20,000 bases of DNA from Sphingomonadaceae bacterium (lineage in GTDB: Bacteria; Chloroflexota; UBA6077), in the NCBI GenBank assembly GCA_050261575.1, contig JBLNDL010000050.1:55254-75253 (forward strand), read 5' to 3'. The translations under genes and the position numbers were made by a program. Below, piece after piece: positions 8,401 through 18,629 of this stretch; positions within the stretch are counted from its first letter, which is position 1, and every line of letters starts with the position of its first letter. The notes under the pieces were generated by a model. The model was given only the letters and a program-made list of their open reading frames with translations, was not told the DNA's origin and searched no databases.

Positions 8401-8940
8401 TTGCCCGCAGTAAGATCCGGCATCGCCAAGAGGTACGCAGAGGCGGTCTTCGAGATCGCCAAGTCCAAGGATAGCTTCGACGAGTGGGCGCGGGACCTCG
8501 CGGACATCGCCGAGGCGCAGCGAAACCCGCAGATAGCCACGGTGGTGGCAGCCCCGACCATCGGCCTCTCCACCAAGGAGGCCGTCATCGCCCGGTGCCT
8601 GGCCGACATCAGCCCGGAGGCCAGCAACCTGGTGAAGCTGCTGCTGCGCAGGGGTCGGTTCGCCCTGGCGCCGCAGATAGCCGCCCACTACCGCAAGCTG
8701 GTGAACGACCATCGCGGCATAGCCACGGCGGAGGTGACCTCCGCCGTGCCCCTGAGCGCCGCGGAACTGGACGCCGTGGCCGGCCGGCTCTCCGCCATGA
8801 CCGGACGTCGGGTGGTGGTGGAGCCGTGCGTCGACCCGTCGATACTCGGCGGGATCGTCGCGCGCATCGGCGACCAACTGATCGACGCGAGTGTGAGGGG
8901 CCGGTTGGAGGCACTGAAGCGGCGCCTCTCGCAGGCCTAA
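8401..8940 (+). CDS. atpH: ATP synthase F1 subunit delta
   Basis: IAKRYAEAVF, AEVTSAVPL and VDPSILGGIVARIGDQLIDASVRGRL motifs; GAGGAG RBS before TTG. Confidence 0.96.
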   Translation: MPAVRSGIAKRYAEAVFEIAKSKDSFDEWARDLADIAEAQRNPQIATVVAAPTIGLSTKEAVIARCLADISPEASNLVKLLLRRGRFALAPQIAAHYRKLVNDHRGIATAEVTSAVPLSAAELDAVAGRLSAMTGRRVVVEPCVDPSILGGIVARIGDQLIDASVRGRLEALKRRLSQA

Positions 8941-9007
8941 GCAGGTATCTCTAGTTCACGTCGACCTCTCTTGCGGAAAACGTGTACTCTATCTAGAGAC
9001 ACCTGCT
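8940..9007. mobile_element. 68-bp MITE-like element, family B, copy 1
   Basis: C-TA-[AGCAGGTATCTCTAG...CTAGAGACACCTGCT]-TA-G; 15-bp TIR with 1 mismatch; 55/68 identical (manual count) to 19689-19756. Confidence 0.8.
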
Positions 9008-9014
9008 TAGATCG

Positions 9015-9112
9015 CAGTAACGGGTAACGAGTGATGAGTAGTGAGTGATGAGTGATGAGGTAACCCACTCACAACTCATTACTCATCACTCTTGACTCAT
9101 CACTCGCCACTA
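9015..9112. repeat. Inverted heptamer tandem array (longest copy)
   Basis: CAGTAAC GGGTAAC GAGTGAT GAGTAGT GAGTGAT GAGTGAT GAG.. then CCCACTC ACAACTC ATTACTC ATCACTC TTGACTC ATCACTC GCCACTA. Confidence 0.9.
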
Positions 9113-9121
9113 GGGGGTAAG

Positions 9122-10630
9122 ATGGCAGTTCGCGCGGACGAGATCAGCTCGATCCTGAGACAGCAGATAGAGCAGTTCCAGGAGGTGGTGACCTCCGTCA
9201 ACGTGGGCACCGTGGTAGAGGTGGGCGACGGGATCGCCCGCATCCACGGCCTATCCGGGGCCATGGCCAGCGAGCTGCTGGAGTTCCCCAACGGGATCAT
9301 GGGGCTGGCGCTCAACCTGGAAGAGGAGAGCGTGGGAGCAGTGATCCTCGGCCCCTTCACCAGCATCAAGGAAGGCGATCAGGTTCGAGCTACGGGTCGC
9401 ATAATGGAGGTCCCGGTGGGACCTGAGCTGGTGGGCAGGGTGGTGAACGCCCTTGGCCAGCCGATCGACGGCAAAGGGCCGATCAACACCAAGAAGACCC
9501 GCCCAGTCGAGCGGATCGCCCCGGGCGTCGTGCTGCGAGAGCCGGTGGACACCCCGGTCCAGACCGGCATCAAGGCCATCGACTCCCTGATCCCTATCGG
9601 TCGCGGGCAGCGCGAGTTGATCATCGGCGACCGGCAGACCGGCAAGACGGCGATCGCCATAGACACCATCATCAACCAGCGCAAGGGCGACATGGTGTGC
9701 ATCTACGTCGCCATCGGCCAGAAGCAGTCGGCTGTCGCACAGGTAGTGGCAACGCTGGAGGCGTACGGCGCCATGGACCACACCATCGTGGTGGTGGCCG
9801 CTGCCTCCGACCCAGCGCCCCTCCAGTACATCGCCCCCTACGCCGGCTGCGCGATGGGCGAGGAGCTGATGGAGCAGGGGCAGGACGTCTTGGTGGTGTA
9901 CGACGACCTCTCCAAGCACGCCTGGGCCTACCGACAGGTTTCCCTCCTGCTGCGCCGCCCCCCCGGCCGCGAAGCATACCCCGGCGACGTCTTCTACCTC
10001 CACTCCAGACTGCTGGAGCGGGCGGTGAAGCTGAACCGGGAGCACGGCGGCGGGTCGCTCACGGCGTTGCCCATCATCGAGACCCAGGCCAACGACGTCT
10101 CGGCATACATCCCAACCAACGTGATCTCCATCACCGACGGGCAGATCTACCTGGAGCCCGACCTCTTCTACGCCGGTGTCCGGCCCGCCCTCAACGTGGG
10201 CATCTCCGTGTCCCGCGTGGGGGGTGCGGCCCAGACCAAGGCTATGAAGCAGGTGGCCGGAAGGCTGAAGGGCGACCTCGCCCAATTCCGTGAGCTGCAG
10301 GCGTTCGCCCAGTTCGGCTCCGACCTGGATAAGGTGACCAAGGCCCAGATCGACCGCGGCATGCGCATCACCGAGGTGCTCAAGCAGCCGCAGTACGTGC
10401 CTGTGCCGATGGAGAAGCAGGTGATGAGCCTGTACGCCGTGACGAACGGCTTCCTGGACGACGTTCCGGTGGAGAAGGTCGGCGCCTGGGAGGCGGGCTT
10501 CCTGCAGTTCATGGACTCCGCCCACCCCGAGATCGGCGAGACGATCGCCCGTGAGAAGGCGATGAGCCAAGAGACCATCGAGGCGCTGCGGGCGGCAATC
10601 GGGGAGTACAAGCGGACGAGCAGCTACTGA
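9122..10630 (+). CDS. atpA: ATP synthase F1 subunit alpha
   Basis: GDRQTGKT Walker A and [23 protein letters not shown]. Start at ATG 9122 (MAVRADEIS); the ORF-track extension lies in the heptamer array. Confidence 0.98.
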   Translation: MAVRADEISSILRQQIEQFQEVVTSVNVGTVVEVGDGIARIHGLSGAMASELLEFPNGIMGLALNLEEESVGAVILGPFTSIKEGDQVRATGRIMEVPVGPELVGRVVNALGQPIDGKGPINTKKTRPVERIAPGVVLREPVDTPVQTGIKAIDSLIPIGRGQRELIIGDRQTGKTAIAIDTIINQRKGDMVCIYVAIGQKQSAVAQVVATLEAYGAMDHTIVVVAAASDPAPLQYIAPYAGCAMGEELMEQGQDVLVVYDDLSKHAWAYRQVSLLLRRPPGREAYPGDVFYLHSRLLERAVKLNREHGGGSLTALPIIETQANDVSAYIPTNVISITDGQIYLEPDLFYAGVRPALNVGISVSRVGGAAQTKAMKQVAGRLKGDLAQFRELQAFAQFGSDLDKVTKAQIDRGMRITEVLKQPQYVPVPMEKQVMSLYAVTNGFLDDVPVEKVGAWEAGFLQFMDSAHPEIGETIAREKAMSQETIEALRAAIGEYKRTSSY

Positions 10631-10633
10631 GTC

Positions 10634-10684
10634 CCCTCTCCCAAAGGGAGAGGGAGAAGATGCACCTCTCCCTTTGGGAGAGGG
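10634..10684. repeat. Pair of CCCTCTCCC-N3-GGGAGAGGG palindromes
   Basis: CCCTCTCCC-AAA-GGGAGAGGG and CCTCTCCC-TTT-GGGAGAGGG; the two units are reverse complements of each other. Confidence 0.85.
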
Positions 10685-10708
10685 AAGAACCGAAACAGGG
10701 GATACAGC

Positions 10709-11572
10709 GTGCCAAGCCTACGCACGATAAAGCGGCGCATCCGAAGCGTACGCAGCATATCGCAGGTGACTAAGGCCATGGAGATGGTCTCCGCCTCCAA
10801 GATGAGGCGGGCCCAGGCCCGCGTCCTGGCCTCGCGCCCCTACTCCGACCGGCTGCAGAAGCTGATCGCGGACCTAGCGGTGCACCCCAGCAGCGAGGGC
10901 GCCACCCACCCCCTGCTTCTGCAGCGGGAGACCAGGAACCGGGTTGGGATGATCGTGGTGACATCGGACAGGGGCCTCTGCGGCGGGCTGAACAGCAACG
11001 TCATCCGCCGCGCCGCCGCCGACCTCCTGGAACTCGGCGGACCCTCGGCCGTGGAGATGATCACGATCGGCCGCCGCGGCCAGGACTACATGGCGCGTCG
11101 CGGCGTCGGGCTGCGAGCCACCTTCACCCACCTGGGCGATGCCCCCGGCATCCTCGCCGTCCAGCCCGCAGCCAGGATAGTCATGGACGAGTTCAGCAGC
11201 GGTCGGATAGACGCGGCCTTCCTGGTCTTTCCGAAGTTCGTCAACACGATGGTGCAGCGGGTGACGGTCGAGCAGTTGCTGCCGGTGGTGCCCGCCAAGT
11301 CGATGGAGCCGCAGCTAGAGTACATCTTCGAGCCCAGCGCGCCAGAGATCCTGGCGGAGCTGCTCCCGCGATACGTGGAGACCCAGATCTACCAGGCATT
11401 GCTGGAGACCATCGCCAGCGAACACAGCGCCCGCATGATCGCCATGCGGAACGCCACCGACAACGCCAAGGAGCTGATCTCCACCTTGACCCTGGTCTAC
11501 AACAAGGCTCGACAGGCAGCCATCACTAAGGAGATCGCCGAGATCGCCGCCGGAGCCGAAGCGCTGGCGGGC

Positions 11573-11575
<3 letters not shown>
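10709..11575 (+). CDS. atpG: ATP synthase F1 subunit gamma
   Basis: VTKAMEMVSASK, SDRGLCGGLN and ASEHSARMIAMRNATDNA..NKARQAAITKEI motifs. Confidence 0.98.
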
Positions 11576-13123
<1,548 letters not shown>

Positions 13124-13134
13124 GAGCGGTCGAG

Positions 13135-13563
13135 ATGGCGAAGCTCAACGTGGAAGTGGTCAGCGCGGAGAGGGTGGTGTTCGCCGGCGAGGCCGATATG
13201 GTCGTCGCGCCGGGCTCCGCGGGCGTCCTCGGCATCCTGCCCAAGCACGCCTCGCTGCTCACCTCCCTCAGCCCGGGCGTGCTGCGCGTGAAGCAGGGCG
13301 CGGACGAGGTGGTGATGGCCGTCAGCGGCGGCTTCCTCCAGGTGGACCACGACCGAGTCGAGGTGCTGACCGACGCGGCCGAACGGGCCGAGGAGATCGA
13401 CATCGCCCGCGCCGAGGAGGCGCGGCAGCGGGCCCAGCAGTTGCTGGCCGAACACCGCGCCCAACACGATCGCGAAGCCGGAACCGCCGAGGCGGCGCTC
13501 CGAAGGTCGCTCGCCCGGCTGAAGGTCGCCGAGCTTCGCAGAAGGAGAACCCAGCAGAGATGA
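13135..13563 (+). CDS. atpC: ATP synthase F1 subunit epsilon
   Basis: GVLGILPKHA, VSGGFLQV and IDIARAEEARQRA motifs; C-terminal helical hairpin. Confidence 0.96.
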   Translation: MAKLNVEVVSAERVVFAGEADMVVAPGSAGVLGILPKHASLLTSLSPGVLRVKQGADEVVMAVSGGFLQVDHDRVEVLTDAAERAEEIDIARAEEARQRAQQLLAEHRAQHDREAGTAEAALRRSLARLKVAELRRRRTQQR

Positions 13564-14882
13564 CCCTCACCGGCGGCCCCCTCCCCGGTCCGGCTCTCCA
13601 ACCTGGAGGCGACGGGCTCCGAGCGAGCGAGCGGTTGATCGTGGAGGGAGGGGTGCCGCTGCGCGGCACGGTCCGGGTGGATGGGGCGAAGAACGCCGCC
13701 CTCCCCATCATGGCAGCCTGCCTGCTCACGAGGGAGCGGTGCACCATCCACAACGTTCCCGACATCGAGGATATCAGGTCCATGGCGCGGGTGCTCGAGT
13801 CTATCGGCGCCCGTGTCGACTTTCTGGGCAGCGGCTCCATCGCAATCGAGGCCGGCGACCTCGCCTCCACCGCCCCGCCCTACGACCTGATGCGGCGAAT
13901 GAGGGCCTCGTTCCTCGTCGTGGGCCCCCTCCTGGCCAGGGTCGGCCACGCCCGGGCGCCCCACCCCGGCGGGTGCGCCATCGGGATTCGGCCGGTCAGC
14001 GTGGACATCCGGGGCTTCGGCGCAATGGGCGCACGAGTGACCCAGGAGAACGGCAGCTACGTGGCGACCGCCCCGGACGGCGGCCTCCACGGCGCCAGCA
14101 TCTACCTCGACTACCCCAGCCACACCGGCACCGAGAACCTGCTGATGGCCTCCGTTCTCGCCAGCGGGCGAACCATCATCAAGCACGCCTCGGTGGAGCC
14201 GGAGGTGGTGGACCTTGCCAACTTCCTGGTACAGATGGGCGCCAGCATCTCCGGCATCGGCAGCACCCGCCTGGAGGTGGACGGGGTGGGCGAGCTCCAC
14301 GGCTGCGACTACTCCGTCATCCCGGACCGGCTGGCCGCCGGCACCTTCGCCATCGCCGCCGCCATCACCCGAGGCGAGGTGCGGCTGGAGCAGGTCGTCT
14401 GCGAGCACATGGACCCGGTGACCTACAAGCTGCTGGAGGCGGGCGCACTGGTGGAGGAGGGCGACGGCTGGATGCGCGTCGTCGGCACCCGGCCCCTCTC
14501 TCCGGTGGAGATCCAGGCGATCCACTACCCCGGCTTCCCCACCGACCTGCAGGCGGCGTTCGGATCGCTCCTCACCCAGGCCGCCGGCACCAGCCTGATC
14601 CACGAGCGGGTGTTCGAGAACCGGCTGCTGTACGCGCAGGAGCTGCGGAAGATGGGCGCCGACGTTCGGGTGTCGGGGCAGACCGCGGAGATCACGGGCC
14701 CCGCCCGCCTGATCGGCACCACCGTGAAGGCGCTGGACATCCGGTCCGGCGCGGCGGTGATCCTCGCCGCGCTCGCGGCGGAGGGGACCACGGTGGTGGA
14801 GGATGCCCACCACGTCAACCGCGGCTACGCGGACATCGTGGGAACGCTCGCCTCCGTGGGGGCGCGCATTCGCCGGGGGTGA
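13560..14882 (+). CDS. murA: UDP-N-acetylglucosamine 1-carboxyvinyltransferase
   Basis: GAKNAALP, MRAS, PGGCAIG (catalytic Cys), YPGFPTDLQA and FENR motifs; ATGA overlap with the atpC stop. Exact start is uncertain. Confidence 0.96.
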   Translation: MTLTGGPLPGPALQPGGDGLRASERLIVEGGVPLRGTVRVDGAKNAALPIMAACLLTRERCTIHNVPDIEDIRSMARVLESIGARVDFLGSGSIAIEAGDLASTAPPYDLMRRMRASFLVVGPLLARVGHARAPHPGGCAIGIRPVSVDIRGFGAMGARVTQENGSYVATAPDGGLHGASIYLDYPSHTGTENLLMASVLASGRTIIKHASVEPEVVDLANFLVQMGASISGIGSTRLEVDGVGELHGCDYSVIPDRLAAGTFAIAAAITRGEVRLEQVVCEHMDPVTYKLLEAGALVEEGDGWMRVVGTRPLSPVEIQAIHYPGFPTDLQAAFGSLLTQAAGTSLIHERVFENRLLYAQELRKMGADVRVSGQTAEITGPARLIGTTVKALDIRSGAAVILAALAAEGTTVVEDAHHVNRGYADIVGTLASVGARIRRG

Positions 14883-14925
14883 GGCCTCCTTGGCCCCATA
14901 AGAGTGTATTCCCCCGCTAGCCCTA

Positions 14926-14934
14926 TGCTATAAT
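14926..14934 (+). promoter_or_regulatory. Extended -10 promoter for mreB
   Basis: TGcTATAAT, a perfect extended -10, about 105 nt upstream of the mreB ATG; no clear -35. Confidence 0.7.
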
Positions 14935-15040
14935 CGCTGCCGGCAACTCCAACCAGCCTTCCGGCACGCTGGCAATAGCCCCCTGCCATCACTATCATAG
15001 GCGGCGCCCAATCTCTCGGCCGCAAGCTCACGGAGACGCT

Positions 15041-16045
15041 ATGTTCGGCATGCACATCGGAATAGACCTCGGCACCGCGAACGTGCTGGTTTATGTAAAG
15101 GGGCGTGGCATCGTCCTGAACGAGCCCTCGGTGGTGGCCTACTCGGTCTCCGAGAACCGGGTGGTGGCAGTGGGGGAAGAGGCTCGCCAGATGCTCGGCC
15201 GCACCCCGGGCAGCATCGTGGTGACCCGCCCAATGCGGGATGGCGTCATCGCCGACTACATGATCACGGAGGCGATGCTCCGCTACTTCATCTCCAAGGT
15301 GTGCGGCCGCTTCCGGATCTTCCGCCCGGAGGTCATGGTCTGCATCCCCGCCGGCATCACCAACGTGGAGAGTCGCGCCGTCCAGGACGCCACCATCCAG
15401 GCGGGGGCCAAGGTCGCCCACCTGATCGCCGAGCCCCTCGCGGCCGCCATCGGTGCCGGCGTCCCGATCGGCGGGCCGAGCGGCAACATGGTGGTGGACA
15501 TCGGCGGCGGCACCTGCGAGGCCGCGGTCATCTCCCTGAACGACATCGTCGTCAGCAGCTCCATCCGGGTAGCCGGCAACAAGATCGACGAGATGATCGC
15601 CAGCTACGTCAAGAAGCGCTTCAACCTTCTGATCGGCGACCGCACCGCCGAGGAGGTCAAGATCCGCATCGGCAGTGCCCTCCCCCTCAGAGACCCGATG
15701 GAGATCGAGGTGCGCGGCCGCGACCAGATCGCCGGCCTCCCCAAGACGGTGAGCATAACCTCCGACGAGGTCACCGAGGCGATCCAGGACGCCCTCTCGG
15801 CGATCGTCATCAACGTGAAGAGCGTCCTGGAGCAGACCCCGCCCGAGCTGGCCTCCGACGTCATCGACAAGGGTATGGTGATGACCGGCGGGGGAGCGCT
15901 GCTGCGCCACCTCGACAAGCTGCTCACCCGAGAGACCGGAGTGCCCGCCCACGTGGCCGACGACCCCATGTCGTGCGTCGCCATCGGTGCGGGCAAGGCC
16001 CTCGAGCACTACCACATCTTCAAACGAAGCCTGGCTGCGGTTTAG
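15041..16045 (+). CDS. mreB: Rod shape-determining protein MreB/Mbl
   Basis: [26 protein letters not shown] and TGGGALL motifs. No mreCD follows, which is an mbl-like context. Confidence 0.96.
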   Translation: MFGMHIGIDLGTANVLVYVKGRGIVLNEPSVVAYSVSENRVVAVGEEARQMLGRTPGSIVVTRPMRDGVIADYMITEAMLRYFISKVCGRFRIFRPEVMVCIPAGITNVESRAVQDATIQAGAKVAHLIAEPLAAAIGAGVPIGGPSGNMVVDIGGGTCEAAVISLNDIVVSSSIRVAGNKIDEMIASYVKKRFNLLIGDRTAEEVKIRIGSALPLRDPMEIEVRGRDQIAGLPKTVSITSDEVTEAIQDALSAIVINVKSVLEQTPPELASDVIDKGMVMTGGGALLRHLDKLLTRETGVPAHVADDPMSCVAIGAGKALEHYHIFKRSLAAV

Positions 16046-16046
16046 G

Positions 16047-16082
16047 AAGGACTGAGGACTGAGGGCTGTGCCCTCAGTCCTC
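16047..16082. repeat. GAGGACT heptamer hairpin after mreB
   Basis: AAGGACT GAGGACT GAGGGC-tgt-GCCCTC AGTCCTC; 13-bp perfect stem. Confidence 0.8.
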
Positions 16083-16137
16083 GCCATACGTGCCGCCATC
16101 GGAGGCCAGGGTCCAGAACGTTGGGGGAGAGGTAACG

Positions 16138-17169
16138 ATGAAAGCACTGCGCAAGACCCGCCCAGAGCGAGGCGCCGACCTGATCGATCTGCCAATGCCC
16201 ACTGTCGGGCCAAACGACGTGCTCGTCCGCATCAAGGCCGCCGCCATCTGCGGCTCCGACATCCACATCTACGGATGGAACGAGTGGGCGGCCCAGCGGG
16301 TCCATCCGCCCCTCACATTCGGCCACGAGGCGTGCGGGGAGGTGGTGGAGGTGGGCGAGCGAGTCACCCACCTGAAGCCCGGCGACCTCGTCGCCATGGA
16401 GACCCACGTACCCTGCGGCCACTGCTACCAGTGCGACACAGGCAACCAGCACGCCTGCGAGAGCATGAAGATCCTGGGCGTCCACGTGGAGGGCTGCTTC
16501 TCCGAGTACGCCGCGGTCCCCTCCGTCTGCGCCTGGAAGCTCCCTAAGGACATGGATCCCGAGCTGGGCGCCCTGCTGGAGCCGATGGGGGTGGGCGTCC
16601 ACGGGCTGCTGGTGGACCCCCTGGAGGTCGGCAGCGTCGCCATCATCGGCTGCGGCCCCATCGGCATCATGACCGCCCAGGTCGCGGCCACACTCGGCGC
16701 CCATCCACTCTTCGTCCTCGACGTGAACGAGGAGAGGCTCGCCATGGCCCTGAGGATCGTCCCCGGCGCCATCGGGGTGAACCCGGCCAAGTGCGATGCC
16801 GTGGCCACCCTGAAGGAGATGAACGGCGGCAGGGGCATCGACCTCGCGGTCGAGCTGAGCGGCAGCGTGCCAGGCATCCGGCAGGCGTTCGACATGATCC
16901 GGGTGGGCGGTCAGATCCGCCTGGTCGGGCTGACCGGCGCCCCCGTCACCCTGAACGTCACCGACGACGTGATCTACAGGGAGGCGACCATCAAGGGCAC
17001 CACCGGCCGGCTCATGTGGAAGACCTGGCACCAGATGGAGCGGCTGCTCGCCACCAAGAAGTTCGACCCGCGCCAGGTGGTCACCCACCGCTTCAAGATG
17101 GACGACTACGTGGACGCATTCGAGCTGGCCCTCTCGGGCAAGGCGGGGAAGATCCTCCTCTTCCCGTAG
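16138..17169 (+). CDS. Zn-dependent MDR dehydrogenase, L-threonine 3-dehydrogenase-like
   Basis: ICGSD, GHE, CGHCYQC..C zinc sites, GCGPIG Rossmann motif and Tdh-like GTTGRLMWKTW; GAGAGGT RBS before ATG 16138. Substrate is uncertain. Confidence 0.85.
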   Translation: MKALRKTRPERGADLIDLPMPTVGPNDVLVRIKAAAICGSDIHIYGWNEWAAQRVHPPLTFGHEACGEVVEVGERVTHLKPGDLVAMETHVPCGHCYQCDTGNQHACESMKILGVHVEGCFSEYAAVPSVCAWKLPKDMDPELGALLEPMGVGVHGLLVDPLEVGSVAIIGCGPIGIMTAQVAATLGAHPLFVLDVNEERLAMALRIVPGAIGVNPAKCDAVATLKEMNGGRGIDLAVELSGSVPGIRQAFDMIRVGGQIRLVGLTGAPVTLNVTDDVIYREATIKGTTGRLMWKTWHQMERLLATKKFDPRQVVTHRFKMDDYVDAFELALSGKAGKILLFP

Positions 17170-17191
17170 AACGATCGAACCGAAGCGTCGT

Positions 17192-17265
17192 GTAGGGTAG
17201 GGCCTCGTTCCCCGCCGCCCGGCCACAGGCAGCACTGGGCGGCGGGGAACAAGCCCCCGCCCTAC
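17192..17265. repeat. GTAG-family REP doublet (REPIN-like)
   Basis: GTAGGGTAGGGCCTCGTTCCCCGCCGCCC, 16 nt, then GGGCGGCGGGGAACAAGCCCCCGCCCTAC; arms 25/29 complementary with GTAG/CTAC termini. Confidence 0.85.
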
Positions 17266-17294
17266 TCTGTTTGCGTAGTGAAGAACTGGGAGAC

Positions 17295-18629
17295 ATGAGC
17301 GATTCCTCGCCGAGGCTTGGCATAATCGCCGACGACCTGACCGGCGCGATGGACACCGGCGTGCAGTTCGCAAAGGAGGGGCTGCACACCGTGGTGATGC
17401 TGGGCGAAGGGGAGCTTCCCGAGGCCGAGATGGTGGTGGCCAGCACCGACAGCCGGGACCTGCCTGCCGCCGAGGCGTTTCGCCGGGCCAGGGAGGCGGG
17501 CCTCCGCCTGGCGGGACGCACCATCTACAAGAAGCTCGACTCCACCCTGCGGGGCAACCTCGGCCCCGAGATCGACGGCCTGCTCGACGCCCTCGCGCTG
17601 GAGCGGGCGCTGGTGGCCCCGGCATACCCCTCCGCCGGCCGCACCACGGTCGGGGGCCTCCACATGGTCCACGGCGTGCCGCTGGCGGAGAGCAACTTCG
17701 CCAGCGACCCCACCTGGCCCGCCACCGAGTCCCACCTCCCCACCATCCTGTCGAAGCAGACCCGACGCGCCGTCGGCCACCTGGACCTCTCCGTCGTGAG
17801 GCAGGGGGTAGGGGCCGTTGCTGCGACCCTGCGGGCCGAGCCCGCCCCCATCGTCGCCGCAGACGCGGAGACCCCTGAGGATCTGCGCACCCTGGCGATG
17901 GCGCTCGCGCGGATGGAGGAAGGGTGGCTCCCCTGCGGGTCGGCCGGGCTCGCCGAGGAGTGGCCCAGGGCGCTCGGGTTGGAGCGGCCGCGTACGGAGC
18001 TGCGGTGGACGGAGGACAGCCACGCCGTGCTGGTCCTCTCGGGCAGCCGGAACCGCGCCAGCGCCGAGCAGCTTCGGCGGGCCGACGCCGAGGGATACGT
18101 CCGGCTGGTGAATCTCACGCTGTGTCATCGTGAATTCGGCACACCCTGCCATCCCGAGCGAAGCGAAGCATCTCTTCGAAGCGAGAGATCCTTCGCTGTC
18201 GATCAGGACGACACCTGTCGGGCCCCGGGCGACGGTGTGCCGGGGAACGAGGACGCGGAGATCGCAGCCGACGTCGCGGCGCTGCTGAACCAGGGCACCA
18301 ACGTGGCCCTCACCACCACCTTCTCCGAGTACCGCGAGGGGAAGGCGATGGCCGTGGCGGCTCGCCTGGCTGAGATCGCCGGCTTGGCTCTGGCCCGGGC
18401 CCGGGTGGCCGGGCTCTTCCTGACTGGGGGCGACGTCGCCCGCGCCGTCTGCCGTCGCCTGGGGGCGACTGCGCTGCAGGCCCTGGGCGAGGTGCAGCCG
18501 GGGGTCCCGGCCGGACTGCTGGTCGGCGGCCCGTACGGCGGCACGAGGGTGGTGACGAAGGCCGGGGGCTTCGGCAACGATAAGGCTATAATGGAGAGCA
18601 TAGACTGCCTACGGGGGAAGACGACATGA
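17295..18629 (+). CDS. Four-carbon acid sugar kinase (DUF1537 family, DtnK/DenK-like) carrying a 42-aa insertion
   Basis: IIADDLTGAMD, YKKLDSTLRGN, TGGD and VVTKAGGFG motifs; ATG 17295; ATGA overlap with pdxA2. Confidence 0.92.
   Translation: MSDSSPRLGIIADDLTGAMDTGVQFAKEGLHTVVMLGEGELPEAEMVVASTDSRDLPAAEAFRRAREAGLRLAGRTIYKKLDSTLRGNLGPEIDGLLDALALERALVAPAYPSAGRTTVGGLHMVHGVPLAESNFASDPTWPATESHLPTILSKQTRRAVGHLDLSVVRQGVGAVAATLRAEPAPIVAADAETPEDLRTLAMALARMEEGWLPCGSAGLAEEWPRALGLERPRTELRWTEDSHAVLVLSGSRNRASAEQLRRADAEGYVRLVNLTLCHREFGTPCHPERSEASLRSERSFAVDQDDTCRAPGDGVPGNEDAEIAADVAALLNQGTNVALTTTFSEYREGKAMAVAARLAEIAGLALARARVAGLFLTGGDVARAVCRRLGATALQALGEVQPGVPAGLLVGGPYGGTRVVTKAGGFGNDKAIMESIDCLRGKTT
18117..18240. 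mobile_element. 124-bp family A element inserted in-frame in the kinase gene
   Basis: Colinear with 7325-7447: about 93/124 identical overall, 54/67 in the core, with one indel (manual alignment). Confidence 0.8.

Noticed and set aside
7733..9112. CRISPR array
   Set aside because: Units are contiguous 7-mers in inverted arms with no unique spacers and no cas genes.
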